The notes under the pieces are model-generated. The model searched no databases. It saw only the letters and a program-made list of their open reading frames with translations, and was not told the DNA's origin. This document shows, piece after piece, positions 63,494 to 64,000 of a stretch of DNA of 64,000 bases. The position numbers and the translations under genes are program-made. Within the stretch, counting starts at the first letter, position 1. Every line of letters begins with the position of its first letter. Location of the stretch: the NCBI RefSeq assembly GCF_006345805.1, contig NC_042997.1, positions 159,340,001-159,404,000 on the forward strand, in the 5' to 3' direction. Origin of the DNA: Octopus sinensis. Its lineage: Eukaryota.

Positions 63494-64000
63494 AATATGT
63501 GTATGTGTGTTGAAGTCAACTGACAGGGAGAGATGTAAAAGAATATAAGTGGGATACATTGGTTTCAAATTTTGACACAAAGCCAGCAAGTTCATAGGAG
63601 GGGGTCTGGCTGATTACACTGACCCCAGTGCTCAACTGGTACTAATTTTATCAACCCCCACAAAAAGATAAAAGGCAAAGTCAGCCTTGGCAGAATTTGA
63701 ACTCAGAATGTGAAGAATGATGAAATGCAGCTAAGCTAAGCTAAAGACTCTGCCAGTTTGCCACCTACAAATGTGGGATATAATGAAATAGTATTTAACA
63801 AAAATATTGGTTCTAGAATCTTACATACTTTTTTTTTTTTGTAGAGAAGTTTTTAAATTGGAATAAAATTTTAGAAATAAAAGTAAAAATACTTAAACTC
63901 TAACATATACTACAGTAAGGATTTTCAAGTTTCCAACTTGTTATGAAAGCATTTATAATAATAGAAGTAATTTTTGTAGAGAACATGTTGTGTAGTACTA

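Overview
AT-rich, repeat-dense eukaryotic DNA with no intact protein-coding gene. The SINE, LINE and microsatellite content resembles an octopod cephalopod (Octopus-like); this is inferred from recognising the repeats, not from a search. It is probably intronic or intergenic. The only convincing coding remnants are retroelements. One is an RTE-clade LINE family (best copy 46.55-49.75 kb) with a YADD reverse transcriptase, an inserted PHD-type finger and a tandemly amplified, structured 3' UTR. Others are a Penelope-like element with RT, GIY-YIG and a hammerhead-like pLTR (51.0-52.3 kb) and fragments of a second RTE-like LINE. Also present are dozens of tRNA-derived SINEs, a non-autonomous Helitron, TTAA-flanked piggyBac-like MITEs, a mariner MITE, one LTR, mini- and microsatellites, and three candidate small host exons. 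The main leads are (1) an ordered array of ~60-nt hairpin units with variable loops in the RTE 3' UTR, seen in five independent copies; (2) a tRNA-like Pol III module directly upstream of the Penelope hammerhead; (3) recurrent fold-back palindromes at (TA)n tracts; and (4) a PPT-LTR-PBS junction. Nearly all ORFs in the supplied track are low-complexity or repeat artefacts.
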